A stretch of 64,000 nucleotides of DNA from positions 1 through 64,000 of the forward strand of contig DASXQR010000228.1 in the NCBI GenBank assembly GCA_036507075.1, in the 5' to 3' direction. Shown piece after piece: positions 1 through 9,612 of the stretch; the stretch's first letter is position 1, and every line of letters starts with the position of its first letter. The notes under the pieces were generated by a model. The model did no database searches, was not told the DNA's origin, and saw nothing but the letters and a program-made list of their open reading frames with translations. The translations under genes were made by a program, and so were the position numbers. The DNA is from Acidobacteriota bacterium (GTDB taxonomy: Bacteria; Acidobacteriota; UBA6911; JACQSX01).

Positions 1-45
1 CGAATTCAGGCCATGCGGGAGATGATCGAAATCCTAAATCGCTGA
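1..45 (+). CDS. 3' end of a gene truncated by the window edge (...RIQAMREMIEILNR*)
   Basis: Frame 1 is open from the edge to TGA at 43-45; product cannot be determined. Confidence 0.3.
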   Translation, partial: RIQAMREMIEILNR

Positions 46-100
46 CGGTCCAGCCGGGTCCCGGAGCCAACACAAACACGCACCGAGGCGATGCAAGCAG

Positions 101-340
101 CAGACCGCGAAGCGGTCAAAGAATATAGCCAGGGGCAAGCGCGTGTTTTGCGCGCCGCCCCTGGTGAGCTTCTTTCAAACAACCGCACCCTGAAGGGGTG
201 CCAGAATTGTTTGCAGGATCGCCTTCACCATGTCGCTCTTCGACCCTTCCAGGGTCGCCCTGGTTTGGGGGCGACGGGGGCGGCGCGCAAAACACGCGCT
301 TGCCCCCGGCTATTCTATTTGACGCTTTCAGCGTCCAGAC
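101..340. repeat. REP/REPIN-like nested inverted repeat
   Basis: TAGCCAGGGGCAAGCGCGTGTTTTGCGCGCCGCCCC (~126-161) is mirrored at ~276-312; internal mini-hairpins CCCTGAAGGG and CGACCCTTCCAGGGTCG. Confidence 0.8.
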
Positions 341-511
341 CGAGAATTCAATGCTTTAGACTGGTTCCCTGCAGGAGGTCCTTTTTTGGTTGTGGGTCTG
401 TGGCCACTCCTATAATTTTCGTGCCTCGAACTTCGACTTTCGACCCTCTACTGTCTGACCTCCACCTCCCCACAACAAGGCCTTCGACAATTTTTGATGT
501 AAACCGATTCA

Positions 512-530
512 GATATTGACAATCATTATC
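512..530 (+). promoter_or_regulatory. Fur box overlapping a TTGACA -35 element of feoAB
   Basis: GATATTGACAATCATTATC matches the Fur consensus GATAATGATAATCATTATC at 17/19 positions, 25 nt upstream of feoA; TTGACA at 516-521. Confidence 0.85.
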
Positions 531-554
531 AATTAGAGCTAAATTACTGAAACC

Positions 555-788
555 ATGGAAACAACGCTGGCGGATTTGCAGGCAGGAGAGAGGGGAGTCA
601 TTATCGGTTTCACCCTGCCAATGGAGACACAGCTTCGATTTATGGAGCTGGGTTTTCTGGAGGGACACGAAGTCCGACTGGTGCGCGTTGCGCCCTTAAA
701 GGACCCTCTGGAAGTCGGCGTTCTCAGCTCTAAAATCTCGATACGCCGCGCTGAGGCGAGCGGCATTCGCCTCAAACGTCTTGGATAA
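555..788 (+). CDS. feoA: ferrous iron transport protein A
   Basis: 77 aa with ELGFLEG..V.LVRVAPLKDPLE...SIRRAEA FeoA pattern; directly upstream of feoB. Confidence 0.93.
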   Translation: METTLADLQAGERGVIIGFTLPMETQLRFMELGFLEGHEVRLVRVAPLKDPLEVGVLSSKISIRRAEASGIRLKRLG

Positions 789-2622
789 GATCTTCGCGAT
801 TGCCGGGAATCCAAACTCCGGCAAAACCACCATCTTTAACCACCTGACCGGGCTTCGTCAGAAAGTCGCCAATTATCCTGGTGTCACCGTAGAAAAAGTC
901 GCGGGAAAAGTCAGACTAAACGGCCACGATTGCACCGTAATCGACCTGCCGGGCACCTACAGCGTTCATCCACGCTCGCCCGAAGAGACAATCGCATGTG
1001 AAGTGCTCTGTGGCCTGCGTCCTGAAGTCCCGCCGCCGTCGGGCGTGGTGTGCGTTGTTGACAGCACCAACCTGGAGAGAAATCTTTACCTTGCGCTTCA
1101 GATCAAAGAAATCGGTCTTCCAATGCTGCTGGTCTTGAATATGGCTGACGAAATGAACGCCCGGGGTGGAATGATCGACCGGGGGAAGCTTTCCGAGCAA
1201 CTGGGCATACCCGTAGTTTCATCGGTTGGAAACCGGGGAGTGGGATTGGATGAGATTCGAAAATTCATTTCCCAGCATTCCAACGGATTGAGCGATCGCC
1301 CCGCTCTGAGAATACCCCCTGCAATCCCGAACGCCGATGAAGTGCGAGACCGGTATCGCCAAACCCATCAGATCCTGGCAGCGGCTCGGATTCAGCAACT
1401 CTCGGATTCCAAGGTGCAGCAGGCCGTCGACCGGGTAGTGATGCATCCGCTGTGGGGAACAATTCTCTTTTTCGTCATTGTAATTTTGGTTTTCCAGTCG
1501 ATCTTTTCGTGGTCTACCCCTTTACGGGACGGAATCGCGGTTGGTTTCGCCAACATGGGCGTTTGGGTCAAGAATCATGTGTCCAACGTCATCTTGCGCG
1601 GGTTGATTTCCGATGGCGTGCTTGCCGGTGTGGGATCGGTGCTTACTTTCCTCCCCCAGATTTTCACGCTGTTTTTCTTTATCGCTCTGCTGGAAGACTC
1701 CGGGTACATGGCACGCGCCGCCTTCCTGATGGATCGCGTGATGAAGAAAATCGGGCTGCAAGGGAAAAGTTTCCTGCCCCTGCTCAGTTCCTACGCCTGC
1801 GCGATTCCGGGAATCATGGCCTGCCGCACCATCGAAAACAAGAACGACCGGCTGGCGACGATGATGATTGCCCCCCTGATGACCTGCAGCGCCAGGCTGC
1901 CCGTTTATACGCTGCTGATCGCGGCATTTATTCCTGCCACCCCTGTGCTGGGCAGCTTTATGTCGTTGCCTACACTGGCGCTGCTGGGACTGTATGCGCT
2001 GGGATTGGGAACGGCAATGCTGGTGGCGGCAGTGTTGAAGTCTTCCATCCTGAAATCTAAAGACACACCGTTCATCCTCGAAATTCCCCCTTACCGGCTG
2101 CCCAACGCGCGCACTGTGTTCAACACCATGTGGAATCGCTCCCGTTTGTTCGTGCGGCGCGCGGGTACGGTTATTCTCGGAATTTCACTTGTGCTTTGGG
2201 CACTGGCCAGTTTTCCGCCTAATGCGGACATAAATCACAGCGTGGCGGGGAAAATCGGGCATTTGATCGAGCCGGCGATTCGACCCCTGGGTTTTGACTG
2301 GCGCATCGGAATCGGCCTGATCGCTTCATTTGCCGCGCGCGAAGTGATCGTCAGCAGCCTCTCGACTATCTACAACGTGCAACTGGGAGACAAAGGGATG
2401 AGCCTGGTGGAAACCGTGCGCCAGCAGATGACGCCGTTGACGGCCGTTTCACTGATGGTGTTTTTTGCTCTCGCCTGCCAGTGCATGTCGACGCTGGCCG
2501 TGGTGCGGCGGGAAACCAACGGCTGGCGCTGGCCTGTATTCCTGTTTACCTACATGACTGTCCTTGCCTACGTGTGCTCTCTTCTTGTCTACCAGGGAGG
2601 CCGGCTCCTCGGCTTCTCCTAG
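781..2622 (+). CDS. feoB: ferrous iron transport protein B
   Basis: G-domain motifs GNPNSGKT, NYPGVTVE, DLPGTYS, NMAD followed by a polytopic membrane domain (LEDSGYMARAAF, CSARLPVY); TTG start. Confidence 0.96.
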   Translation: MDKIFAIAGNPNSGKTTIFNHLTGLRQKVANYPGVTVEKVAGKVRLNGHDCTVIDLPGTYSVHPRSPEETIACEVLCGLRPEVPPPSGVVCVVDSTNLERNLYLALQIKEIGLPMLLVLNMADEMNARGGMIDRGKLSEQLGIPVVSSVGNRGVGLDEIRKFISQHSNGLSDRPALRIPPAIPNADEVRDRYRQTHQILAAARIQQLSDSKVQQAVDRVVMHPLWGTILFFVIVILVFQSIFSWSTPLRDGIAVGFANMGVWVKNHVSNVILRGLISDGVLAGVGSVLTFLPQIFTLFFFIALLEDSGYMARAAFLMDRVMKKIGLQGKSFLPLLSSYACAIPGIMACRTIENKNDRLATMMIAPLMTCSARLPVYTLLIAAFIPATPVLGSFMSLPTLALLGLYALGLGTAMLVAAVLKSSILKSKDTPFILEIPPYRLPNARTVFNTMWNRSRLFVRRAGTVILGISLVLWALASFPPNADINHSVAGKIGHLIEPAIRPLGFDWRIGIGLIASFAAREVIVSSLSTIYNVQLGDKGMSLVETVRQQMTPLTAVSLMVFFALACQCMSTLAVVRRETNGWRWPVFLFTYMTVLAYVCSLLVYQGGRLLGFS

Positions 2623-2759
2623 CCCGAAATTATTCACGAAAATCTAACCGCAAAGACCGCCAAGAACGCCAAGACAGCGCCAGGGAAGGGGCCTTGGCGC
2701 TACTCTTAGCGTTCTTGGCGATCTTTGCGGTTAAAATTTCGTGAATAATTTCGGGCTAG
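2619..2759. repeat. palindromic element bounded by CTAG, with nested ACC-GCAAAG/GCCAAG arms
   Basis: CTAGCCCGAAATTATTCACGAAA...TTTCGTGAATAATTTCGGGCTAG; fills the whole gap between two convergent genes. Confidence 0.9.
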
Positions 2760-3442
2760 ACTTTGCGCAGCAGGACGTAGATTGCGCCCGTTCCTCCATC
2801 GCACGGGCGGGCGGACGCGTACGCGAGCACGTAGCGAGACAGCCTCCGGCCGAAAAGCCATTCCTGCAGCCGCGCCTTCAGGATCGGTGTCTTGCTTTGA
2901 GAATTGTTTCCTTTGCCGTGGATAATACGCACGCAGCCCAGGTGCCGGCGGGCGGAATCCTTGATAAAGCGAAGCACTTCATCGCGCGCCTCCTTTTGTG
3001 TCATGCCATGAAGGTCACACTGTGCTCGGACGCTGAATTCGCCGCGACGAAGCTTTCTCATCACTGTCCGGCTCACGGCGGGATGAGAGGCTTCGATATA
3101 TTCGCTCTGGAGGTCTCCCACCACGTTCCAAAGTTCGTTCAGGAGGACGGTTTCGAAGGGATCGCTTTCCGACCTCACGACGACCCGTGGTTTGGAGCCT
3201 GGAACGACCCGCGGGGGGATTTGCTTGACGTCCCGCATGGCCCAACGAAACAGTGCATCTCCCTGGAGGTTTTCCGGCCACGCACCGTTATTCCCGGATG
3301 GCGTGGCTGATTTCACGACAGTTGACAGCGGCTCCTGCAACGATCCGGATACTCGGAGCGTCGATCTTGGTGCGGCTTCTGCTACCTTAAACGATTTCAA
3401 GTCACTCAAACTCTTGGCGCGCAATACAGCCCTTTTGCCCAT
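2756..3442 (-). CDS. Smr/MutS2 C-terminal domain endonuclease (SmrA/SmrB-like)
   Basis: CDLHGMT, IIHGKG and GGTGAIYVLL motifs. Confidence 0.9.
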   Translation of the reverse strand: MGKRAVLRAKSLSDLKSFKVAEAAPRSTLRVSGSLQEPLSTVVKSATPSGNNGAWPENLQGDALFRWAMRDVKQIPPRVVPGSKPRVVVRSESDPFETVLLNELWNVVGDLQSEYIEASHPAVSRTVMRKLRRGEFSVRAQCDLHGMTQKEARDEVLRFIKDSARRHLGCVRIIHGKGNNSQSKTPILKARLQEWLFGRRLSRYVLAYASARPCDGGTGAIYVLLRKV

Positions 3443-3489
3443 GTCCTAAGAGTAACTTTTTGGGCACGAATTTTCACGAATTTTCGTGA

Positions 3490-4875
3490 TCAACTCAGAA
3501 GAAGGATGCGCAGGTCCATCACATTGGTGTTTGTCGGACCGGTGACGATCAGATCATCCAGCTTCTTGAAAAACGAGTAGCTGTCCTGCCGCCGAAGGAA
3601 TGCTTCTCCGTCCATGGCGCGCGCCTTTGCCCGCTGTATCGTGGTTTGGTCTGCGACGGCGCCGGCGGCTTCCGTAGGACCGTCTGTTCCGTCTGTTCCT
3701 GCACTCAGTACGGTATAGCGGCGCCCGCGAAATTCAGGACGCCGCTCCATCAGCAGCGCCGCTGCTAGAGTAAAATGCTGGTTCCTTCCACCCATGCCAT
3801 GCCCCGCCGCCAGCCGGACTGTCGTTTCCCCGCCTGAGATAATGGCGAGCGGATTTCGCTTGCGCCAGGCGGCGGCCGTCGTCACATGCAACTGTGCCGC
3901 CGCTTCGGTGTCGCCCTGAAGCTGCTGCGCCAACACAAGCGTCTGGTATCCGAGAGCCCGTGCAGCCCGGAAGGCGGCCTCCACTGCTTCCCTGCTTGTT
4001 CCCAGCAGAATGGTTTTTTTTCCGCGGAACGAAGCATCTCGACGACGCGGATTCTCTGGAATTTTTCCCCGGGCGCCTGCTGTCAATAATGTTCGGATGG
4101 TTGCGGAAACCGACTTCCAGAGACGGTAATGCTTCAGGACTTCGATGGCGTCGGCAAAGGAACTGTCATCCGGGAATGTGGGCCCGGAGCCTATGGTCGC
4201 CGGATTGTCGCCGCAGACATCCGAAATGATCAGCGAGGCGGATGGCGTCGCGCACGCCACTCGCGCCAGTTGCCCTCCTTTTATCGCGGAAAGATGTTTG
4301 CGCACGGTGTTCAGCTCTCGAATATCGGCCCCCGCATCCATCAGGCGCGACACTGCATCCGTTTTTTCGGGAGCCGAAATTCCGGGGCGCGGCAGAAACA
4401 GAAGCGCAGAAGCCCCACCCGACCAGACAAATAGAATCCGGTCCTCCGGGCCGGCCAGTGAGAGATCGACCAGCAATTTTCGCGTAAATTGGATATTCCG
4501 CTCCGATGGCTGCGGGTGCGTTCCTTCAAAGCAGACCACCCGTTTCAGGGGCATCGAGTGACCGGATTTGGTGATTACCATTCCGCCGCTGATCAAGGTG
4601 CCCAGCTTACGCTCGACTGCTTTGGCCATTACCGCCACAGCCTTACCCGCGCCAAAGACAAAAACCCGGCCCGCCGGACTCAGCGCCGGTAAGGAGGCGC
4701 CGCCGACTCTAATAACATCTTTTGATATCTCCAGCGAATCCTCGACCAGCTTACCGGCATCCACCGCGTTCAGCGCTGCGGTGAAGATCCGGCGGGCGTC
4801 ACGATGAAGGGAATCGCTGCGAAGAGTCACCTCCCGGTAACTCACTTTATCCTTGGGATTGGCTTCAAGATCCAC
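3490..4875 (-). CDS. glycerate 2-kinase (DUF4147/MOFRL family)
   Basis: GAGKA, SGGASAL, RKHLSAIKGG, ISDVCGD, GGETTV, GGRNQ, GTDGTDG, TGPTNTNVMD motifs. Confidence 0.92.
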   Translation of the reverse strand: MDLEANPKDKVSYREVTLRSDSLHRDARRIFTAALNAVDAGKLVEDSLEISKDVIRVGGASLPALSPAGRVFVFGAGKAVAVMAKAVERKLGTLISGGMVITKSGHSMPLKRVVCFEGTHPQPSERNIQFTRKLLVDLSLAGPEDRILFVWSGGASALLFLPRPGISAPEKTDAVSRLMDAGADIRELNTVRKHLSAIKGGQLARVACATPSASLIISDVCGDNPATIGSGPTFPDDSSFADAIEVLKHYRLWKSVSATIRTLLTAGARGKIPENPRRRDASFRGKKTILLGTSREAVEAAFRAARALGYQTLVLAQQLQGDTEAAAQLHVTTAAAWRKRNPLAIISGGETTVRLAAGHGMGGRNQHFTLAAALLMERRPEFRGRRYTVLSAGTDGTDGPTEAAGAVADQTTIQRAKARAMDGEAFLRRQDSYSFFKKLDDLIVTGPTNTNVMDLRILLLS

Positions 4876-4992
4876 GCCTGCAGTAATTTAGCGACGATGT
4901 TATTTTTTTTCGCGACTGAAACTATTTGCTCGATGTACTATCTTACGCTTTGTGTCGTTCTGACACTTTTTATCTTGAGGAGGTTCTCTATC

Positions 4993-5340
4993 ATGCAGAG
5001 GAAGTATTTTTCGTTGTTCGTCCTGATTGTGCTTCTGGTCGCATTGTCCGCTTTTGGTGCCGACAAGAGCTACAGCGGAATGCTGATGGACAAGATGTGT
5101 TCCGCATCTTCCGGGGACGCTGCCAAAGTGGCCAAGCACAGCAAGGCCTGCGCCCTGATGGATTCATGCATCGCCAGCGGCTATGGCATTGTTATAGACG
5201 GCAAATTCATCAAATTTGACGCCAACGGCGACAAGCTTGTATCCGAGTGGCTTGAGAAGACCGACAAAACGCGGGAGCTCAAGATTGAAGTCACCGGAAC
5301 GATGGACGGCGACATTTTGAAAGTTGAAACCCTGAAGTAG
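4993..5340 (+). CDS. small secreted Cys/His-containing hypothetical protein
   Basis: GAGGAGG RBS, signal peptide MQRKYFSLFVLIVLLVALSAFG, DKMC...H.KACALMDSCIASGYG. Confidence 0.8.
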   Translation: MQRKYFSLFVLIVLLVALSAFGADKSYSGMLMDKMCSASSGDAAKVAKHSKACALMDSCIASGYGIVIDGKFIKFDANGDKLVSEWLEKTDKTRELKIEVTGTMDGDILKVETLK

Positions 5341-5341
5341 A

Positions 5342-5463
5342 GCACGAATTACACGAATTTCACGAATCAATTTCCTTACTGGTGAAGCTTGATCGCCAAT
5401 TCTTAAAGTTTAATTCGTGAAATTCGTGTTTAATTCGTATTAATTCGTGAATGAAAATTCGTA
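5342..5463. repeat. CACGAATT/AATTCGTG palindromic repeat element
   Basis: CACGAATT-type units on the left and AATTCGTG-type units on the right; related copies at ~3463-3488, 46695-46720 and 47164-47229. Confidence 0.8.
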
Positions 5464-5469
5464 AACATT

Positions 5470-7782
5470 CTACTGCGGCGGTACATTCGCCAGCGCCGAT
5501 CCGCTGTAGGTTCCAAACAGCTCGAGTGCAAAGATGGGAGCGGAAGCGGCTACTTTTATGAAGCCGCCTGCCATCCCATTGGCAGCCGGAAGCAATTCTG
5601 CTCCCAGCAGGCGAGAGATTTTCTGGTTTGGTCTTAACACCAGTGAAAAGCTGCCCACCGGGCTGCCGTCCGGCCGGAACACTTCTACACTTACGGTCAC
5701 ATCGGCTGCATTAGGGTTAAGGAAAGCCAGGCCGGTGAAAAAGCCCTGCGCTTCGGCCGCGTGCGAGAAATTGTGAGTGACACGGGGCGTCGCTTGTGCA
5801 GCAACCGCTGCGAGCTGCTGGTCATTTCCGTAAGAGACAAACCCCTGGATCTGGCCAAATGACGCCGGCCCGATGCCGATCGGCCCCGGGTCAGCCTGCC
5901 GGTTTGACTCGATCATCAGCCAGCCATCGTTTAGTTCGGCGCCGCCGATTCCAAAAAGAGTCTGCACGCTGGTCAAAAACTCTCCCCTGGCGGGTACCGG
6001 GACGACGCGAGGATTCCCGCCGGCTGCGGTAAACAGAGTTCCGTCGTTACGGTAGGCAAACACTCGGAGTATGATTTCATGGTCTTCAAGATTGACTGCG
6101 CCAATCGTGGTGCCGTAAAGCCCGCCGGAAGCAAACTGGGGGAAGTAAATGCGCGTCCAGCCTTCTGTGATGGACTGAGCATTCAACGCTCCGAGGCGCC
6201 GCGTGTTTCCAAAAACCTCATGCGGGACTAAAGGGCGGTCGGCCGTGATCAGAAGGTAGCCTTCTGTTTTATCCGCCGTTTCCGGCACGATATTCTGAGC
6301 CAGATCGCGCAGCAGCCCGTGCGCGCCGATCACCACCTGCCGGCGCCCCATCAGCGTGCCGTTTGTCGCGTAATAGTCAATCGTCGCGTTTGCGGGGTCC
6401 GAATTGGGATTGACAACGCTGACTTCCGTAAACTGGTCTTGCCCCAGCGAAATTACCGGCAAAATGCTTCGCGTGTACATGCGGTCCGTGGCGTCAGCGC
6501 CGTCGATGAAATTCACCGCCGTATCCGCGAAAAGCGAAAAGCCGCGCACCACGTCGGGCGTGATCACCGACATCCATCCATCCAGGCTTGTCCCCAAACC
6601 CAGAGCTTCGCTCGCGAGACGGGCGAACTGGCGATTCCTGGCTAGTGAAAAGCCTCTCGAAGGAAGCGGCAAGCCTCCGGAAAAGGCAGTCAGCGTCAAG
6701 CTTGTATCGGCGTCCAGATTGGTAAAAGCCAGTCCGGTAAAGGTGGATGCCGACTGGGCTATGCGCGGAAAATTAAGCTGGGTGGGAATCTGAATAATCG
6801 AAATGGAGCCTTCTGACTGTTCGTTGACCACCCAGAACTGGCTTCGACGCGGGTCATACGCGATTCCATAGTACGGATTTCCCTGCACCGGAATGGCTTG
6901 TGTTTCGGTTTTGCCCTGCAAATCAACTACGAATGCCCGATCGCATGTCTCGCACACCGTGAGCGCATATCTGCCGTATGGTTGTGCTTGAACATTGTGA
7001 GCGAAGTCTCCCAGCGCCTGTTCTCCAAGCAGCCGGCCATCTTTCATGTCGAACCGCCGAAAATTCGGTCCGCCCGTGTCAAATGCGACCAGCACCTGAT
7101 TAGGCTGCGCGAGCACCTGCAGGCCGTACGCGCCGGAGAAATCACCTTCAGTAGTCGCCACTTTCTCACCGGATGTGAGATTGATGATGGCAACCTGCCC
7201 GCGGCGGAGCCCGACCGCCGCATGATTGGTCAGGGGATTAAGGTCTACACCTCTGTCGATGTCAGCAACGGGAATGCTGCGTTTCAATGCAAACGTGTTC
7301 AGATCAACCACGTGAAGCACGTTTTTCCCGGAACTCGGAATGAAAGCTTCGTCGGTTACCGGGTTGATCGCGACGTCCGGATTGGAAACACCCTCGAGTC
7401 GGATGCTGGCCACTGCCTTCTTTTGCGCCAGATCGATGATGAAGCAGGCGCGGTTGAACTCGTCGGTCCCCTCGCCCTGCTGACCGACCACCACGGCCAG
7501 CGGCTTTGTGGGATGCACGGCCACACCGCTCGGCCTCAGACCAACGCGTATGCGCGTGCGGATCAGGCGGCTGTTCAAATCGATCAGCGTTGCGATGTAT
7601 TGCTCGGAATTCCCTTCAGAGAGCGCGGTGCTGTGCACCACCACTGCCAGGTCGGTTGTCTCACTGATTGCAATATCATGCGGATTGGACGCCACGTTGA
7701 CGGTGGCAATTACCCTTGCCTGCGAAAAGACCGGAGCAACAAGCAGCACTGCCATCACGGCGCAAACAGCAGGGGTCCTCAT
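5470..7782 (-). CDS. secreted YncE/YVTN-like beta-propeller fused to repeated beta-sandwich-like modules
   Basis: AAGGAG RBS and signal peptide at 7782; YVTN-like blades (VGLRPSGVAV, PDVAINP); about 4 C-terminal modules starting FTGLAFTN/FTEVSVVNP/TTIGAVN/FTGLAFLNP. Confidence 0.75.
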   Translation of the reverse strand: MRTPAVCAVMAVLLVAPVFSQARVIATVNVASNPHDIAISETTDLAVVVHSTALSEGNSEQYIATLIDLNSRLIRTRIRVGLRPSGVAVHPTKPLAVVVGQQGEGTDEFNRACFIIDLAQKKAVASIRLEGVSNPDVAINPVTDEAFIPSSGKNVLHVVDLNTFALKRSIPVADIDRGVDLNPLTNHAAVGLRRGQVAIINLTSGEKVATTEGDFSGAYGLQVLAQPNQVLVAFDTGGPNFRRFDMKDGRLLGEQALGDFAHNVQAQPYGRYALTVCETCDRAFVVDLQGKTETQAIPVQGNPYYGIAYDPRRSQFWVVNEQSEGSISIIQIPTQLNFPRIAQSASTFTGLAFTNLDADTSLTLTAFSGGLPLPSRGFSLARNRQFARLASEALGLGTSLDGWMSVITPDVVRGFSLFADTAVNFIDGADATDRMYTRSILPVISLGQDQFTEVSVVNPNSDPANATIDYYATNGTLMGRRQVVIGAHGLLRDLAQNIVPETADKTEGYLLITADRPLVPHEVFGNTRRLGALNAQSITEGWTRIYFPQFASGGLYGTTIGAVNLEDHEIILRVFAYRNDGTLFTAAGGNPRVVPVPARGEFLTSVQTLFGIGGAELNDGWLMIESNRQADPGPIGIGPASFGQIQGFVSYGNDQQLAAVAAQATPRVTHNFSHAAEAQGFFTGLAFLNPNAADVTVSVEVFRPDGSPVGSFSLVLRPNQKISRLLGAELLPAANGMAGGFIKVAASAPIFALELFGTYSGSALANVPPQ

Positions 7783-7833
7783 GCCCGCTCCTTTTTGTTT
7801 CTCTACCAATCTTACCAAGGAAGGCGACGGAAT

Positions 7834-8052
7834 AAGTCGAAGGTCGAAAGTCGAAGGTCGAAAGTCGAAAGTCGAAAGTCGAAGGTCGAAAGTCGAAGGT
7901 CGAAGATCTCTCGAAACTCGATTTTCGACATTGAACTTTCGACTTTCCAACTTTCGACTTTTGACGTCGACTTTTGCCCTTCCAAATTTTTAGCTTCGGC
8001 TTTCGACTTTCGGACTTTTGACTTTCGACCTTAGACTTTTCATTCGACTTTC
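7834..8052. repeat. inverted heptamer arrays (GTCGAAR)n ... (TTTCGAC)n
   Basis: Visible tandem heptamers; right arm overlaps the hemY stop. Confidence 0.9.
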
Positions 8053-9401
8053 GAAGCCATCGCGGCGGCGACGGCTTTGGCTCTGCCAATACAATCGGGA
8101 ATTCCCACTCCGTAATACGCCGCTCCTGCAAGGTGGACGCCCGGAGCCGACGTCTTCAAGCCGCGTTCCAGACTTGCAATCAGTTTGTTATGACCCACCA
8201 GGTATTGGGGATTGGCTTTGCCCCATCTTATGATCCGTGAAAAGCGGGGCTGGGCGCGAATCCCCAGGATATTCTCCAGCTCCTGGGACACGAGCCGCAG
8301 GAAAGGCTTGTCTTCCATCTCCACGATCGAATCGCCTCCGGCAAAAACGCGCAGCATGCTGAAGCCAGGCGGAACTCTGCCGGCGAATTTTTGGGAGCTG
8401 AACGTGATCGCTCTGATGGAGCGCCTCTCAGATTTGGGAATCAGGACGCCATAGGCTTTGGGAATCGAAACCGGCGAGTCGTAAACCATGATCGCCACGA
8501 TCGACGACGTCGCTTCGAGCCGGCTCAGCTCAGGCAGCAATGTCGGTGGGGAGAGCATTTTCCGCAGGCTGTCCGGATCCACGGTGACCACGACCTGGTC
8601 AGCATGAATCTCATCCCTGCCGGTGTGGAGCCGATAACCGGATTCCATTCTTTCGATCCTATGCACGGCAGTTTCAGAGCAGAGAGCGGCGTCGACCTTT
8701 CTCAACAGCGTTTGCGTCAGGGTCTCCATGCCATCGCTTAAAGTCACAAACAAGCTGCGACCACCGGCGCTCGGAAGTTTTCGCCGGTTGATTCCCTTTG
8801 TAACGCTGCCGTAGCTTCGCTCCAGCTCCACGAGCTGCGGGAAGGTTGCCTGTATGCTGAGACGTTCGGGATCGCCCATGTAAATTCCGGCCAGCAAGGG
8901 TCCACCCAGCAGATCCAGTGCTTCCGACCCAAAGCGTCGCCGCACAAAAGAGGCGATGCTTTCGTCTTCCGAATCTTTTCTGGCGGGCCGAAACCGCTCT
9001 CGCAGCACCTCCACTTTTCCGGAGAATGAAAACAGCGATGATTTCAGAAACGAACCGACGCTCAGCGGGGCAAGCAGGTGAAAATGATCCGGAACGGGCG
9101 CCAGTTTTCCATCGCGCAGGACCAGCGTGCGACTATGCTCTTTTTGAGAAGAGAGCACCTGACCGGACAGGTTCAGTTCCTCGACCAGTTCCAAAGCGCC
9201 CGGCTTGGAGGTAATGAATGCATCCGGTCCCCATTCGATAACGCATCCATCGCGGCGCTCAGTGATGATTTTTCCGCCCCAATAGCGCGAAGCTTCCAGT
9301 ACCGCTATGGATATTTGCGGTTTTAAGCGACGAAGATAATAGGCCGTGGCCAGCCCTGAGATCCCGCCTCCGACGATGGCTACTCCGCAGCGACGAATCA
9401 T
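8040..9401 (-). CDS. hemY: HemY-type copro/protoporphyrinogen oxidase
   Basis: GGGISGL FAD motif, EWGPDAF, LLAGIYMGD, PQYLVGH, GVGIPDCI. Confidence 0.92.
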   Translation of the reverse strand: MIRRCGVAIVGGGISGLATAYYLRRLKPQISIAVLEASRYWGGKIITERRDGCVIEWGPDAFITSKPGALELVEELNLSGQVLSSQKEHSRTLVLRDGKLAPVPDHFHLLAPLSVGSFLKSSLFSFSGKVEVLRERFRPARKDSEDESIASFVRRRFGSEALDLLGGPLLAGIYMGDPERLSIQATFPQLVELERSYGSVTKGINRRKLPSAGGRSLFVTLSDGMETLTQTLLRKVDAALCSETAVHRIERMESGYRLHTGRDEIHADQVVVTVDPDSLRKMLSPPTLLPELSRLEATSSIVAIMVYDSPVSIPKAYGVLIPKSERRSIRAITFSSQKFAGRVPPGFSMLRVFAGGDSIVEMEDKPFLRLVSQELENILGIRAQPRFSRIIRWGKANPQYLVGHNKLIASLERGLKTSAPGVHLAGAAYYGVGIPDCIGRAKAVAAAMASKVE

Positions 9402-9474
9402 TCCGACATTTTACAAGCGTAATGAAGAATCAAAAAACCGAACATCCGAGCGGCCGGGATACTAACCATCCTGA

Positions 9475-9605
9475 GCCACGAAGGCACGAAGACACGAAGG
9501 AGGATGTTTTGTTTAAAGTGCTACTTCTCACAACTCGATCATGGTGCTGCAGAAGTGACACTTCTGACTGAATCATTGCACTTCGTGTCTTCGTGTCTTC
9601 GTGGC
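9475..9605. repeat. MITE-like palindrome with GCCACGAAG(N)CACGAAG arms and AGAAGTGACACTT core
   Basis: Terminal inverted triple CACGAAG; homologous to 15697-15829 and 28762-28893. Confidence 0.85.
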
Positions 9606-9612
9606 AAACCAT

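Noticed and set aside
7783..7950. N-terminal extensions in the ORF track (also 4804, 22263, 29900-30058, 48461-48817)
   Set aside because: They are translations of repeats or intergenic DNA; downstream starts have an RBS, a signal peptide or a family-typical N-terminus.
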